This document shows positions 1-28,203 of a stretch of 64,000 bases of DNA, one piece after another. The position numbers and the translations under genes are program-made. The notes beneath the pieces were generated by a model. That model worked only from the letters and a program-made list of their open reading frames with translations, did not search any database and was not told where the DNA came from. This DNA is from Salpingoeca rosetta (lineage: Eukaryota > Protista > Choanoflagellata). The DNA lies in assembly GCA_033442325.1 (NCBI GenBank), contig JAWQFM010000019.1, positions 544,435-608,434 on the forward strand. Reading direction: 5' to 3'. Within the stretch, counting starts at the first letter, position 1. The number at the start of each line of letters is the position of its first letter.

Positions 1-345
1 TTTCAGGTTCTTACTCGACGTAAGTCACGGACTGTATACGCTTGCTGTAGCTCGTTCTCTGACGTGGGCGAATCATTAGTCTTCCCTTCTCCTATTCGAT
101 GCGGAGGGAAGGATGGTGCCGGCACCACTCCCTTTGGCTTTAAAATAAATACCTTCCCGTTTGGGTCCCTCGGCGCCTCCCTCACACCGCCTTTTGAGGA
201 CGAGGGAGGGTAATAGTGTGCTAGGGGCTCCTATCTTTTCGCTCCACTGTACATAGACAGGGTGCGGGGCGGCCCTGCGATGTCTTTTTTTCGTACTCTA
301 ATCCCACACACACACAGAGACGCTCGATAACACTCAATAATCAAG

Positions 346-512
<167 letters not shown>

Positions 513-515
513 AAC

Positions 516-8058
<7,543 letters not shown>

Positions 8059-8161
8059 TGGTTATCCTGCACCTACTACGCGCTCCGACCGCTTTTGTGG
8101 CCTGCGACTGCTTGTTGCGTCCTGTGCTTTGTGCTTGGTGCCACCTGCACTCATTCACATG

Positions 8162-8192
<31 letters not shown>

Positions 8193-9554
8193 TGAACAGC
8201 GCCGGAAGATGCACGCACAAGATGTAAGTTTTGAGAGTGTGTGATGGGAACAGGTGTGAACGATGGCGCGTTGCTTTGCGTGTGGTATGTAGGTGCGTTT
8301 GTGTGTGGTCGTGAATGTACACACTTCGACTGCCCGCCCCTCGAGCGTCATCACCCGGATGACACGATAGTGGTGACGAGCTCAACAAGAGACAGGCCGG
8401 CAACACAAGGTACACTCAAGTGTGTGACTGTGGCGTTCCCACCAACACACATCCACACATGCAGTATGGGCTCGTCACGCAGTGTCGTCGTCGTGCGCAT
8501 GCCACAGGTGCCCTGATGGTGGCGAAACCGCGCCAACGCCAACGTCACACATCACACTTGCGCGCGCGCACACACACTCACCTCGCAAGAAGAGACGTCG
8601 TCGCTGGTGTGTGCGGGCTGACGTGTTTCCTGCTATTTGCTGTGCTTGTTGTGGGTGCGTTGGAATTGAACGTGCCGTCCTGTGATAGCTTGCTTGGCGC
8701 GGTGAGTCGTCGTCGTCGCCGTCGTCGCTGTGCACCTCCCGCCTCTTCTTCTTTCTTGCTTGCTTCCTCCCTTCCCTTTTTTGCTCTCTTCCTTTGCGTG
8801 CGTCTCGCTGACTGACCACTCTGACAAACTTGCTTGGCAAACCCCCAACGTCAACTTCACATCAACAGCAACCAAGCAGCCAACAAGTGCAGCAAGCAAG
8901 CAAGGAGCAACAGCGGATACAGACCAGCCATGCCAACAAGAAGAAGCAAAGCTGCTGCTGCGGTGCGTTGGGTGTTTTGGTTTGGCTGAATGGAATGCTG
9001 TGTGTGTGTTGACATTTGCTTCGCCACTTCGCTCCTTGCTTCGCCATCTTCGCTACTCCGCTGTCCTTCCCCTTCGTCAGCCAAAGGCCACGCCCTGTTG
9101 CTACTCTTTGTGCTGTCGTAAAACAAAACAGGAGTATGGACGATTCGCCGTATTTTCATTGGTTTGTCGGGTCCGATCCAACGCCCACACACTTGCGCTC
9201 TCGCTTGCTTTTGCTTGGCCTTTGCTTCTTGGTGTTTGTTTGAGGTGGTGCGGTGCGGTGTGGCAACAACGTCGACGAACGAAGGTGAAGGTGCACATAC
9301 AAGTGGTGGTGTGGGTTGGTGTATGCGTGCATGTGTGTATGTGTGTATGTGTGTATGTGCTTGCGTGTGAATGTGTATGTGCTTGTGTGTGTGCATGTGA
9401 GTGTATGTGAGTGTGATTTTTGTGTTGGTTTGTGTTGTTGGCAGTGCCGGTTGGTTGTGTTCTGCCAACATCGACTCTCACGGTGCTCGCCACCCATCAC
9501 TCATCACAACGCCGCAGGGTCAAGGAAGTATAACAGGAGGGAAGGAGGAAGAAC

Positions 9555-9924
9555 ATGTCAGAGTCCGAGGAGGACGGCAGCTACTACTACTCCTCATCAG
9601 GGGACGAGGAAGACGATGAGTCTGATGACGAGTTCGTGTCTGCCTGCAGCGAGCTGAGCAGTGATGAAGAAACCAACGTCATGTGGGACGCCCTGGTGAA
9701 GGAGCGCACATTCCCCCACGCATCGTCGTCAACAACGCGCAGCCCCAACAGCAGCAAAAAGGGCCACGGCGGTGCTGACGGTGGCAGCAATGATGCCGGT
9801 GAGGAAGGCACAGGCGAGCAGGACGACGACGACGACGACTTGGTCCACGAAGACTTTGCTGTGCCTTGCCAAGGCGGCGTGCAGCTGACACCGAGCCTCA
9901 TTCTGTCAAGCATACAACGACAGC

Positions 9925-9997
<73 letters not shown>

Positions 9998-10040
9998 GCA
10001 ACAACAGCAACAACAGCAGCAGCAGCAGCAGCGACAGCAG

Positions 10041-10075
<35 letters not shown>

Positions 10076-11140
10076 GCAGGATGGCCGTGGGAGCGACGGC
10101 GAAGGCCCCATCCTTGGCTGCGATCCGCTGTCGCCAACCACAACCTGGGTGTACGACGACGCCACACCGGTCAAGCGGCGGCCATCGCAGGTGCTGGTGG
10201 AGGAGGCGCGGAACAGCGCAGAAATCGCCGACAACGGCGCCGTGGAAGACATTGACATTGCGTCGCTCACGGTCTCACCCAGCGATGTGGCCACCAAGAC
10301 ACAGGCGCCTGCTGCGCCGACACACGCCGAAGCACGTGCAAGCCATCACGCGTCCGCAGACAGCCCTGCCACAGCCACACCATCAACGCCAGCAACCGCA
10401 CCAACAGCGTCAGCATCAGCGGCAATCAAGGTGCCGGCCAGGACGAAACGCGCCGCCGTCAAAGCCGCGCAGGGCGCATCGAGGACATTACCATCGTCAT
10501 CGCCGCCACCGCCCGTTGCTCCTCCGCGGCGGCGGCGCAAGAAGCAGTCAGCTGCACCAGCAGCAACACCGCAGGCACCACCACCACCACCATCATCAGC
10601 AGCACCGCAGTCACAACAGAACACACCAAGCCACCAGTCTCAATCACAGCCACAGCAGGGCAACAAACAGCAACAACAACAACAGCAACAACAGAGTGGT
10701 GACTCTGCCCTCTCCAGTGAGGAGAGCACACAGGCGATCGTGCATCTGGAGAACAGCAACGCTGGCACCGGCACTGGTACCGGCAGCGATGGTCATGGGG
10801 ATGGTCATGGATATGGTGGGCACTTGATGCGCACACCACCCATGTCACCGACAAACTTTCCCGGGCTCAAGGACGGCCTGACAGATGATGTGCGTGCATG
10901 TGCTCGCATGGATGAGCTCCTGTTATCCTCGCGGGCGGGCGGGGGGTTGTTTGTGATGTCTTGTTGTGGCGACGTGTTGGTGTTCACGCTGTCTGCTTGA
11001 GCACTTTTGTGCGCGCACACATGTACACATGCGCACACGCACGTCAATTGCCACCACAGCTCTCACAGCCACCTCCACACACATCAACACACACGCACAC
11101 ACACACATCCACAAACACACATCCACACACACATGCACCT

Positions 11141-11176
<36 letters not shown>

Positions 11177-11188
11177 CCACGCACATCT

Positions 11189-11247
<59 letters not shown>

Positions 11248-14200
11248 GGAGATTCTGAAGCGCGTGCAGGTCAAGTGCCTGGACACTGGCGAAGTGATTG
11301 CGCTCTCCGATGCAGAGCGACTTTTGCCTGCAGGCATTTCCCCGCTCTCTGTGCAGATGATGCGGCGAACCAACGACTACCCGACACAGCCGGCGTCGCC
11401 AACACAGCACAGCCATCACCACAAGCAGAAGCAGAAGCGTTCAAAGCGCCGGCGCCGCCGCCTTCGCTCCAGACCAGCCAACACGGCCGAGGGCAGCGCT
11501 GGTGGTGATGGTGGTCCCCGTGCTCACGATGGCGCTGATCGTGACCACAGCGGCAAGGGCGATGGCAACAGTGCGGATACGAGCGTGCACACGGCTGTGA
11601 TGGGCCGCGGCAAGAGTGCGCCTGTCAGCGGCCACGTGTCCCCCACGTCGCCATCGTCGTCATCAGCACACGAGCAGCACCGCGGGTCAACGGGCCTCAC
11701 CACTGCGCTGGCGTCGACACTCAGTCGCATCCGTTCCCGCGCTGCCGTCCGCGCTCGCCTGACTGGAAAGAAGGGCGACAGGACCCGACCTGATGTTGGT
11801 GATCGCGGTGATGCTGGTGCTGATGATGGTGGTGAAGGTGAAGGTGAAGGAGGTGGTGATGGTGCTGGTGTTGGTGTTGGTGCTGGTGTTGGTGTTGGTG
11901 TTGGTGATAACAGTGGCAGTAGCGGCGGTGGCCGTGACGAGATGTCGCGTGGTGCTGGTGGCGATGACGAAGGTGTTTCCCATTCCAGCAGTGAGCAGCA
12001 GGCTGATACTGCGCACGCACCAACACCACATGCAACGACCACAGACGCAACCGGGGACTCAGATTCACAACAACAACAACAACAACAACAACAGTCGGCG
12101 TCAGCAACGTTGTCGTCCGTGTCCACGGCTGCGCGCGCGCGTGTGTCGCGCTTCATTGCTCGCGCGAGAGAATTCACAATTACACACACGCGCGGGCGGC
12201 ACGATGGCGATGATGGCGATGATGGCGAGGGTGTGTTTGGCGGCGGCAAAGACACGGTGTTCCGTGTGCGCGGCAACGTGAGCAAGGACAGGCCACGTGT
12301 GTTCACCAACATGCATCTTGTGCAGCGCATCAAGGGCCACCACTCCGGACAGGTGTGGGCCATGAAGTTCTCCGCGTGCGAGCGCATGCTGGCAACGGCC
12401 GGTAAGGACCGCGTCGTGCGCGTGTGGGCGCGCAAGGAGGCGTTTGCGGAATTGCATCAGTCCCTGATTGACAGTCGTGGGGATCCTGCTTACGCAACAC
12501 GCGAGATCCGGGAGCCAAGCGAGACGGACGTGCTGCACCCAACCCCGCTGTGCGAGTTTTATGGGCACACGGGCGACATTCTGGACCTGTGCTGGACGCC
12601 TGCCAAGGGCAACTCAGCGCTGCTGTCGTCATCCATGGACATGACAGTTCGCCTGTGGCATCTTCTGAAGAAGGAGTGCTTGATTGTCTTCCAGCACCAC
12701 GACTTTGTCACCGCCCTCGCGTTCCACCCACAGGTGCCGGTTTCGTGTGTGTGTCTGTGTGTGTGTGTCTGTGTGTGCGTCTGTGTGTCTGCGTGTGTGT
12801 GTGTGTGTGTGTTTGTTTTGGGGCGGGGGAGGCATGGTGGTGATGTGGTGGTGATGTTTGATGCGCGCACGCGCGTGTGTGCAGAGTTGTGTGTGTCTGG
12901 CTGTCGAGTTGTCCGTCTGGCTGCATGCAACGTGGCGCTCCTCCCTAATGACTCCACCCACAATGATATTCACCTCACCGCCACCACAAACATCTCCTCC
13001 GCCACAACGTCCTCCCTCCACCACCACCACCAGAACGAGCTGTACTTCATGTCCGGGTCCATGGACTCGAAGGTGCGCATGTGGAACATCGAGAAGCAGC
13101 AGATGATCATGGAGAAGGAAATCATCCCAGAAGGTCCGTTCTTGCCGTGTGGCAGCGGAGTTATCCGGCGGTTGTGACGTGCACACGTGTTTGTGGGGGG
13201 GGGGGTGCGTGCATGCGTGTGTGTGTGTGTGTGTCTGCGTCTGTGTAAGTACCATCACACATCCTTCACGACCACCTCCTCACAACTACACACCACGCAC
13301 GCACACACACATGCACGCACGCGTGCTCTTACTCCCAATCCCCTCCCCATTCCACCCTGGATACAGTGCGCAGCAACAGCAATTCGTTTGTGACGGCTGC
13401 GGTCTTCATCAACGACGGGCGACACATTGTGGCCGGCACGTACGACGGCAGATGCGTCTTCCTCGACACCGCAAACGTGAGGCGTCGGTCCGGCTTGGTG
13501 TGTGTCCTGTCAGTCAAGTGGCGTAATGTATAGTAGCGCATGTGTTGCATGATCGCTCATGTGTTGCATGATGGCTGATGTGTGTGTGTGTGTGTGTGTG
13601 TGTGTGTTGGTGTGATAGGCATGCACCGCGTGTTCCCGTTTCGTTGTCTGCTCGCCTCACTCGTGTTGCCCCCCCCTCCCCGTTTTAAAAAACTCCCCCT
13701 TACACGTTGCACTGATCGCGGTAATGCCGCCTCCTGCCCACCACCACCACCTCCTCCGCCTACTTCACTCCAACTCTGTGTATTCCACTTTCCACTGTGA
13801 CACGGAGCAGAAGTTGCGCTATCACACTGCGCTGCACATTCAAAAGAAGGGCAACAAGGTGCTCCAGCGGCTGTTCTGTGCAAGCGTGCATGTAGGCTTA
13901 GATTCCGTGATCTTAGATCAGAGGGAGTGCTCTGTGTGCTCTGTGTGCTCTGTGTACTTGTGTGCGCGTATGTGCATGTATGCGTGGGTATGATTGCATG
14001 TATCCGTGTTTGAATGAGTTTGCGTGTTTGAATGCGTATGCATGCTTGAATGCGTGTGAGTAGGAGCACTGTATCCCATTTTCGTGCCTGCTGTGCTGCC
14101 TTTGTTGCTCCAAACTTGCTTCACACACTCACACACACACACTCTCTCACACACACACACACACACACACATACACATACATACATATACACACACAATA

Positions 14201-14751
14201 CCCCCTGCCCGCCTTTCTTGTTCTTTTCGCAGATTGGGGCGAAGGTGAGCGGGCTGGATGTGTCGCCAGACGGCTCGCTGCTGCTCGTCTCCTCAAACGA
14301 CAGCCGCATCCGCATCTTCGACCTCAAGGACTACTCCCGCGTGTGCAAGTTCCAGGGCTATTACAACTCCTCCAGCCTCATTCGCGCAGTCTTCAGGTAC
14401 GTGTGTGTGTGTGTGTGTGCGTGTGCGTGTTTGTCTGTGTGTGTGCGTGTGCGTGTCTGTCTGTGTGTGTGTGTGTATGTGCATGCATGTGTGCGTGGGT
14501 GCGTGCGTGGGTGCGTGCGTGCGTGCTGTCTCGCACCAGTGTCCATTCTGCTTGCGGGCGTCTGTGCCATGCTTCTCATTTAGAATCATGCTGCCTCCAT
14601 GCCCGTGTCTCTGTCCACCGCCACGCCACTGGATGAGCAGTCCCGAAGCAAAGTACATTGTTGCCGGATCAGAGAACCGCCGCGTGTACATGTGGGAAAC
14701 AGTCAGGACATTTCCGCCGCACGCAAAGTGCGTGTACTTGTTGGGATTGTC

Positions 14752-14814
<63 letters not shown>

Positions 14815-15432
14815 GTGTGTGCGTGTGTATCTGCGCCTCTGTGTGTGCGTGTGTCTGTGTGTGCGTGTGTCTGTGTGTGTGTGTGTGTGTGTGTATCTGC
14901 GCCTGTGTGTGTGCGCGCATACGCCTCTGTGTATGCACGTACACTCGCGGTTTTCTTTTGTGCGAGCTGTCGTGATTATCAACTGGCGTCGGCTCACATT
15001 CTGCGTCGTTGCACCACACCAAACACAGGCGTGTGCAGCGCGACAAGAACCCTGAGCACTACTCATTTGCAGGTGTGTGTACGTGTGCGGCTTTGCATGG
15101 GCCTGTTATTGATGCACTCTCATGCATTCATGCATGCATTGCATACACTGAGAATAACACACATCCACACCACTCCCTGTTCCACTCACTTGCTCACACA
15201 TGCACACGCACACACATATACACATGCCTCCTCTCGCACACATCCTCCCCCGCCCCCCTGCCTTCACTTCCGAACCACGGCACCAGGCCACTCTGCTGCA
15301 GTGACACAGGCGATTGCAACGCCGCAGGACTGTGCAGACAGCTTTGGGGCGCGTCTTGGCGTGGTCTCTGCCGACGCCATGGGCGAACTCCGTGTCTTCT
15401 TCCACATGAAGCACCAAGCAGGCGTCGAGTGA
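9555..15432 (+). CDS. WDR44: WD40-repeat protein WDR44 (Rab11-binding protein) orthologue
   Basis: Exons 9555-10889, 11249-12733, 13034-13133, 13367-13476, 13811-13858, 14233-14396, 14641-14727, 15029-15072 and 15287-15432. Motifs [103 protein letters not shown] and YIVAGSEN, plus an N-terminal FFAT-like motif. Confidence 0.9.
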
Positions 15433-16099
15433 TGCAGTGGTGTGACAACCAGGTGTCCGTTGGCTTCGTGTGCGCGCTGTGTACAGCGCTGTGTTGTTGT
15501 TGTGGGCATTGCCGTGGTGCTGTTGTGTGCGCAACGTGTAACTTGCAGGTGAAATATGTGTCTTAGTCCATCTGCCGTTTCGCTTCGTTGATAGCCAGGC
15601 TAGCTTGTTGCCTGCCCGATCCGTTTTCGCTGTGGTGCTCTGCTGCTGCTGCTGCTGCTGCTGCTGTTTACTTAAGTTGTTGTTGTTATTGTTGTTGTTG
15701 TTGTTGTTGTAGTTGTAGTTGTTGTTGTTGTCGTTGTAGTTGTTGTTGTTGTCGTTGTAGTTGTTGTTGTTGTTGATGATGGGGCCACATTCCCTTTTGT
15801 TTTTTGGATTGATTTGCTCGGCTTTCTCTTCTTCTTTGTGCATACTTTTGCCCCAAACTGCCTTTAAACGTATCAACCCCGAGCGCGCGCGTATGTGTGA
15901 ACGTGCATGCGTGAACGTGTGTGGTGTGTAATGAGTGTGTGAACGTGTGTGATGAATGTGAGTTATTGAACTGACATGAATGCACACACCTCCACACACA
16001 CACACCTCCACACATACACACACACACCTCCACACACACACACCTCCACACATACACACACACACCTCCACACACACACACACACCTCCACACACACCA

Positions 16100-16171
<72 letters not shown>

Positions 16172-16203
16172 ACACGCGCACACACACACACACTGACAGT
16201 GTT

Positions 16204-16213
16204 CTTATAAATA
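16204..16213 (+). promoter_or_regulatory. TATA-like box upstream of TOM20
   Basis: TTATAAATAG about 190 bp upstream of the ATG, directly after a CA block, in otherwise TA-poor sequence. Confidence 0.35.
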
Positions 16214-16400
16214 GGGCTTGTCCTATTTCAAGGTCCCCACGTGTGTGTGTTGAGCGGTTTCCATTGCTTCGTGTTACCTTTTCTCCCGTGTCTTCCCACC
16301 CTCGCCGTTGTTGTCACCTCTCCTCACATCCTCACGCTTCACCCTTCGCCTCCCCACTCCCCCTCCTCCAAGAAACAAACACACTTACCCCACCGTCGAG

Positions 16401-17632
16401 ATGACGTCTGTGCTTGGTAACAAGTTTGCCATCGCTGGCCTCGCCGTGGCCACGGCTGTTGTTGGTTACTGCATCTACTTTGACCAGAAGCGCCGTTCTG
16501 CCCCTGATTTCCGCGAGAAGCTTGCCGAGAGTACGTTTGCATGCGTTCGCCCCTGTGTTGGACGTCGGACTGTGTCCCAAACGTGCACATGTGGTGATTG
16601 AGCTGACGCGACCTTGTGTCCTTGTGGTTGTGTGTAAACGTGGGCGTGCCTGTTGCTTGTGTTGGTACCTTGGCGGCGTGTGCATATTCGCTCTCGCTTG
16701 TCTGTGAGTGTGTGTGTGTGTGTGTGTTTTGCGTTTGTGTGCCTTTGTCGACTGCGGCTGCACGCTTGTTTCCGAGTGCGTGTACACTATCCTGCAACTC
16801 TGTTGCCATTCACCCTGTCTGCTCTCCCATGAACAGAGCGCCGCCTGCAAAAGAAGCGGGAAGAGGAGGAGCGCAAGGCCCAGGTTCAGGCTGACGGCTC
16901 CCCCGCGGTGAGTTTTTCCACGCGTAGACACCATTCCATGCTGTACCTTGTCTGGGGTTATGCTCTCGTTTCGTAGCCCCATCTCCGTGTCCTCCTTTCC
17001 CCTCGTGGCCTCCACTCTCATGTCCTCACCTCTCATGTGTCTCTTGTGAAAACAGCCCGAGACGCTTCGGGATCAGCGTGCGCTGAAGCAGTACTTTGTT
17101 GACACCATGGCCGCTGGTCAGGAGGCAATGCAGCAAGGTGCGTGTGCATGTGCATGTGTGTGTGTACATGTGCATATGTGTGTTCATGTGCATGTGTGTG
17201 TGTGTACATGTGCATATGTGTGTACATGTGTGTGTGTGTACATGTGCGTGTGTACATGTGTGTGTGTACATGTGTGTGCGTGTGCATATGTGGGTTTGTG
17301 CGTTCTTCAGTGAGGTGTACTCCCTTCTTGTTCCCGTTCAAAAGTCAAAGCATCCCATGCATCACCATTTGCCACAACCCCCTTCCCTTCCTCATCCTCC
17401 CACGCCCCCCCCCCCTCCTCTCTCTCCCTTTCCACCATCGCCACCCACGCTCCACCCTGCAGGCGAGTTTGACAAGGCTGCACAGTGCTTTGTGAATGCG
17501 CTGCGGGTGTACCAGGACCCCGCGGCGCTGCTGCAAGTGCTCAAGCAAACGGTGCCGCCGGAGCTCTTCATGCAGGTCGTGCAGCAGCTGCAGGCCCTCC
17601 AGGCAAAGGCACAGCAGGGCGGCGCACAGTAG
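16401..17632 (+). CDS. TOM20: Mitochondrial import receptor subunit Tom20
   Basis: Exons 16401-16530, 16837-16907, 17056-17137 and 17463-17632. N-terminal TM followed by GYCIYFDQKRRSAPDFREKL; C-terminal ALRVYQDPAALLQVLKQTVPPELF. Confidence 0.93.
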
Positions 17633-17668
17633 CCATTGTGATGGGGCGGGTGCATGTGCTTTTGTATG

Positions 17669-17706
<38 letters not shown>

Positions 17707-17953
17707 TGTCGTGGATGTGTTGACATGTGTGTGTGTGTTGTGTGTGTGTGTGTGTGTGAGTGAGCTGCTAGCTGTTGGTTTTGTTACCCGTCACACAATC
17801 CAGTCCCTTATCCAACCACTATCATCTGTGCCACGTTTTCTTGCTGTTGTGGTTGTTGTGAAGCTGTAGTTCCTATTCTGTCCCCCCAACACTGTCGTTC
17901 TGTTTGCTTTGCTTTTGTCCATTGCGTATTTTGTCTCCCTTTTGTTGCGTGGA

Positions 17954-18023
17954 GGTGATGTGTTGAGTGCAACCCTTTGTCGGAGTGGTGATGTGTTGAG
18001 TGCAACCCTTTGTCGGAGTGGTG
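17954..18023. repeat. 33-bp tandem duplication (2 copies plus a stub)
   Basis: GGTGATGTGTTGAGTGCAACCCTTTGTCGGAGT at 17954-17986 and 17987-18019. Confidence 0.9.
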
Positions 18024-18613
18024 TGTTGCGTTGCTGCCCGTTGATTTTCAAGTCTCCACGTCCAGGCACCATGCGTGCATACTGTTGTCGTCGTGTTTGT
18101 TGGTGGCGGTGTTTGTTGCAATGTGGGGGCGGCGGAGTACGAGTGATATAGTTGCCCAAGTTGCATCAATACTTCCTTTCCTTTTGGGTGTGGAGGGATG
18201 AGGGGTGTGTGCGTCCTTGTCTCTGTGTGGTCTGTGTGTACGTGTACGTGTGTTGTCGCAAGTGCATGTATCACGTCGTCGAGTGGATTGTGAATTGAAG
18301 TTACGCGCTCAAACACACAAGCAACGCTTGTATTGCAAATCACATGTAAAGTGGCACACAACAAGAACAACAACACACACACACACACACACACACGGAA
18401 TCCAACGTGCTTGGGGCACATCTACAAAGTAGCCATTGACATCATTGACAGAGACATGACGCACTGTCAACCCCAAATTCACGTCAACACGCACAAGATG
18501 CCAAGCGGAAAGCCTTGACGGCACTGATTACAACATGAACCACACTGACGGAATACGTCCACTGCACAGGCGAAGGAAGACCCATAGACACAAAAAGTTG
18601 TAGCTCGGCCATC

Positions 18614-19163
<550 letters not shown>

Positions 19164-19307
19164 GGTGTGTCGTCTGCTGCTGGCGGCTCACAAGTGCATA
19201 AATGACGATTAGATGAAGATATGGCTAATTTTCATCACTCCTCGAGCAGCAAAAGCAAGGCGGCCAACGACGAAAGACGACAACAACCCAAGCAAGCAAA
19301 CAAGGCA

Positions 19308-20270
19308 ATGGCGGACGCACCTCCCCCCTACTCCCCGACACAAGTGCGTTGGCTACTGCGATGGGTACCGCAGCGTGCGCTTGTGCTGTCAGCGCTGCAA
19401 CATGCATCCTTTTGAGTCACACAGACACCCATTCACACACGCGCGCACACGCACACGCACATACACACACGCGCACGCACATCACACACATACACACATT
19501 TTTGTACGCATCCTTTGGCACGAATGCAGAACAACGCCGCCATCCCGACGGCGACACCATACACAGCGCCTGGCCCACAACAAGGGTACCCGCCCCAGGC
19601 TGCCTACCCGCCCCAACAGCAGGCACCATACCAAGGGTATCAGTATCAGCCGCAGCAGCAGCAGCAGCCGCCGGTCGTTGCGCATCAACCCACCGGCCAA
19701 CTGCAAGGCAGGGATCGCGAGACTGCGGAACGGCGGGAACGGGAGCAGCGACAAACAGACACTGCGCTTGGATTGGCGTGTGGCGGCTTCCTGTGCTGCC
19801 TCTGCGTTGGCGTTGATCGTGCAGCGGTACGTTCTACAGTGGCAGCTGTTGGATGTTGTTCATGTGTGGGCATGCGTGTGTGTGTGCTGTATGAGGTGTG
19901 TGCTGTGTGAGGTGTGTGCTGTGTTTGTGTATGTGTGAGGTGTGCGTGTGTGTGTGTGAGGTGTGTGTGTGTGTGTGTTTGTGTATGTGTGTGTGTGTGT
20001 GTGCTGTGTGAGGTGTGTGTGTTTTCATCATGTGTGTGTTTCATTGTGTGATTGTATGCTGTTGCTGTGTCTTCATTGGTTTGCTTGCATGTTGCTGAGC
20101 TCTTTGGCACAGAATCGACTCAAAGTTTAGTCCAATACCAGTTCGTCCTGCCTACTCACGCTGCATCCGTCGCTCTCGGCTTGTTCCATTGTGTTTTTGT
20201 CACGCAGGCGATGGGCCGCAATGTTGCTGACTTCCTGCTCTGCATGCACGTGGACTGCTGGGGCTTCTAA
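19308..20270 (+). CDS. CYSTM-like Pro/Gln/Tyr-rich, Cys-rich tail membrane protein
   Basis: Exons 19308-19343, 19530-19826 and 20208-20270: MADAPPPYSP, QGYPPQAAYPPQQQAPYQGY, TALGLACGGFLCCLC, ending FLLCMHVDCWGF*. Confidence 0.7.
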
Positions 20271-20840
20271 CCCACGCGCTAAATTGCCCCTCGGCCGCCT
20301 GGCACACTTGCACACTGTTTACAACAGTGTTTTCCCGTCTTGTGCTCACTTTGACATCATCATCATCAACACCAATAACAATAACAATAACAATAACAAC
20401 GTTGCCGTGTTGCTTGAGATCTGATATCTTCTTCTTCTTCTTCTGCTTCTTCTTCTTCTTCTTCTTCCGTGTTACACCACGACACTCGCTTCTCGTTGCC
20501 TTACTTTCGCCTTTGCTTCTTCTCCTGCTTCTTCGCTTGCTTTGTCGCGTTCAACGAACCCCAGCAACAAAGCAACAACACATGACATGAACGAGTGTTC
20601 ATGTGTGTGTGTGTGTGTGTGTGTGTGACATGACAGCCGCAACAAAGCACATACATCATCCAACCAAACCTCCGCTGCCCGACATATTTGGACACGACAC
20701 CATATAAATTCGCGCCTACCGCTGCCATTCGATTGGGCGTTGGCTGCTGCTCTCCTTCCAACACCACATCAACCACGCAAACAACCACGCACACATCAGA
20801 CAGCCACACGCACACCACAGACAGCCACACGGGGTGCCAT

Positions 20841-27556
<6,716 letters not shown>

Positions 27557-28108
27557 TTGCGCGCACGCGTGTGTATGTGTCTGTGTGTGTGTGTGTGCGT
27601 GTGCGTGTGCGTTTGTGTCTGTGTCTGTATGTTGTGTGTGTGTGTGTCCTGTGTGTTTGTCTCTGTGTGTGTTGTGTTTGTCTCTATGTGTGTGTGTGTG
27701 TTCTGTCTGTATCTTTGTGTGCGCCTGTTCCCTGAGTTCTTGTCGGGAAATGGTTTCTTGTGTTTCACCACGAGAGAGATTCAGCTTGTTGTTCATACAG
27801 ATGATGCTCGCACCAGACTCTTTGTTTGCTTTCTCCCACGCCCCGTGTTACCTACTACACGTTGTTCATACGCGCTGTCTGGCACACAGAGTTCTGGTTT
27901 CTACTATCCGTTTGCTTGTTTGTATTGCGGAAGGCACTTCCGGCAAGTTGTTTGCTCTCCTCCATGGAAGGGGGCGGGCGCAAAACACACCAACCAATGA
28001 AGCAGACAAGGCCAGAATTCAACAATTCAGTTGAACACTCACTCAGGATTGATTCAAATACACATAAAATTATCCACAGCGTGGATGAGGCACACGCGCG
28101 AGAGCACA

Positions 28109-28190
<82 letters not shown>

Positions 28191-28203
28191 TATGTTGTTT
28201 ACA

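Noticed and set aside
8475-8840. Basic 121-aa ORF as the first coding exon of the RasGAP
   Set aside because: It starts at TTG with no ATG before the donor; more likely a 5' UTR exon.
16954-16980. 9-bp hairpin in TOM20 intron 2 as a snoRNA or SECIS element
   Set aside because: No C/D or H/ACA boxes, no SECIS quartet, and no in-frame TGA gene to serve.
17954-18023. CRISPR-like repeat
   Set aside because: Two abutting 33-bp copies with no spacer and no cas genes, in eukaryotic sequence.
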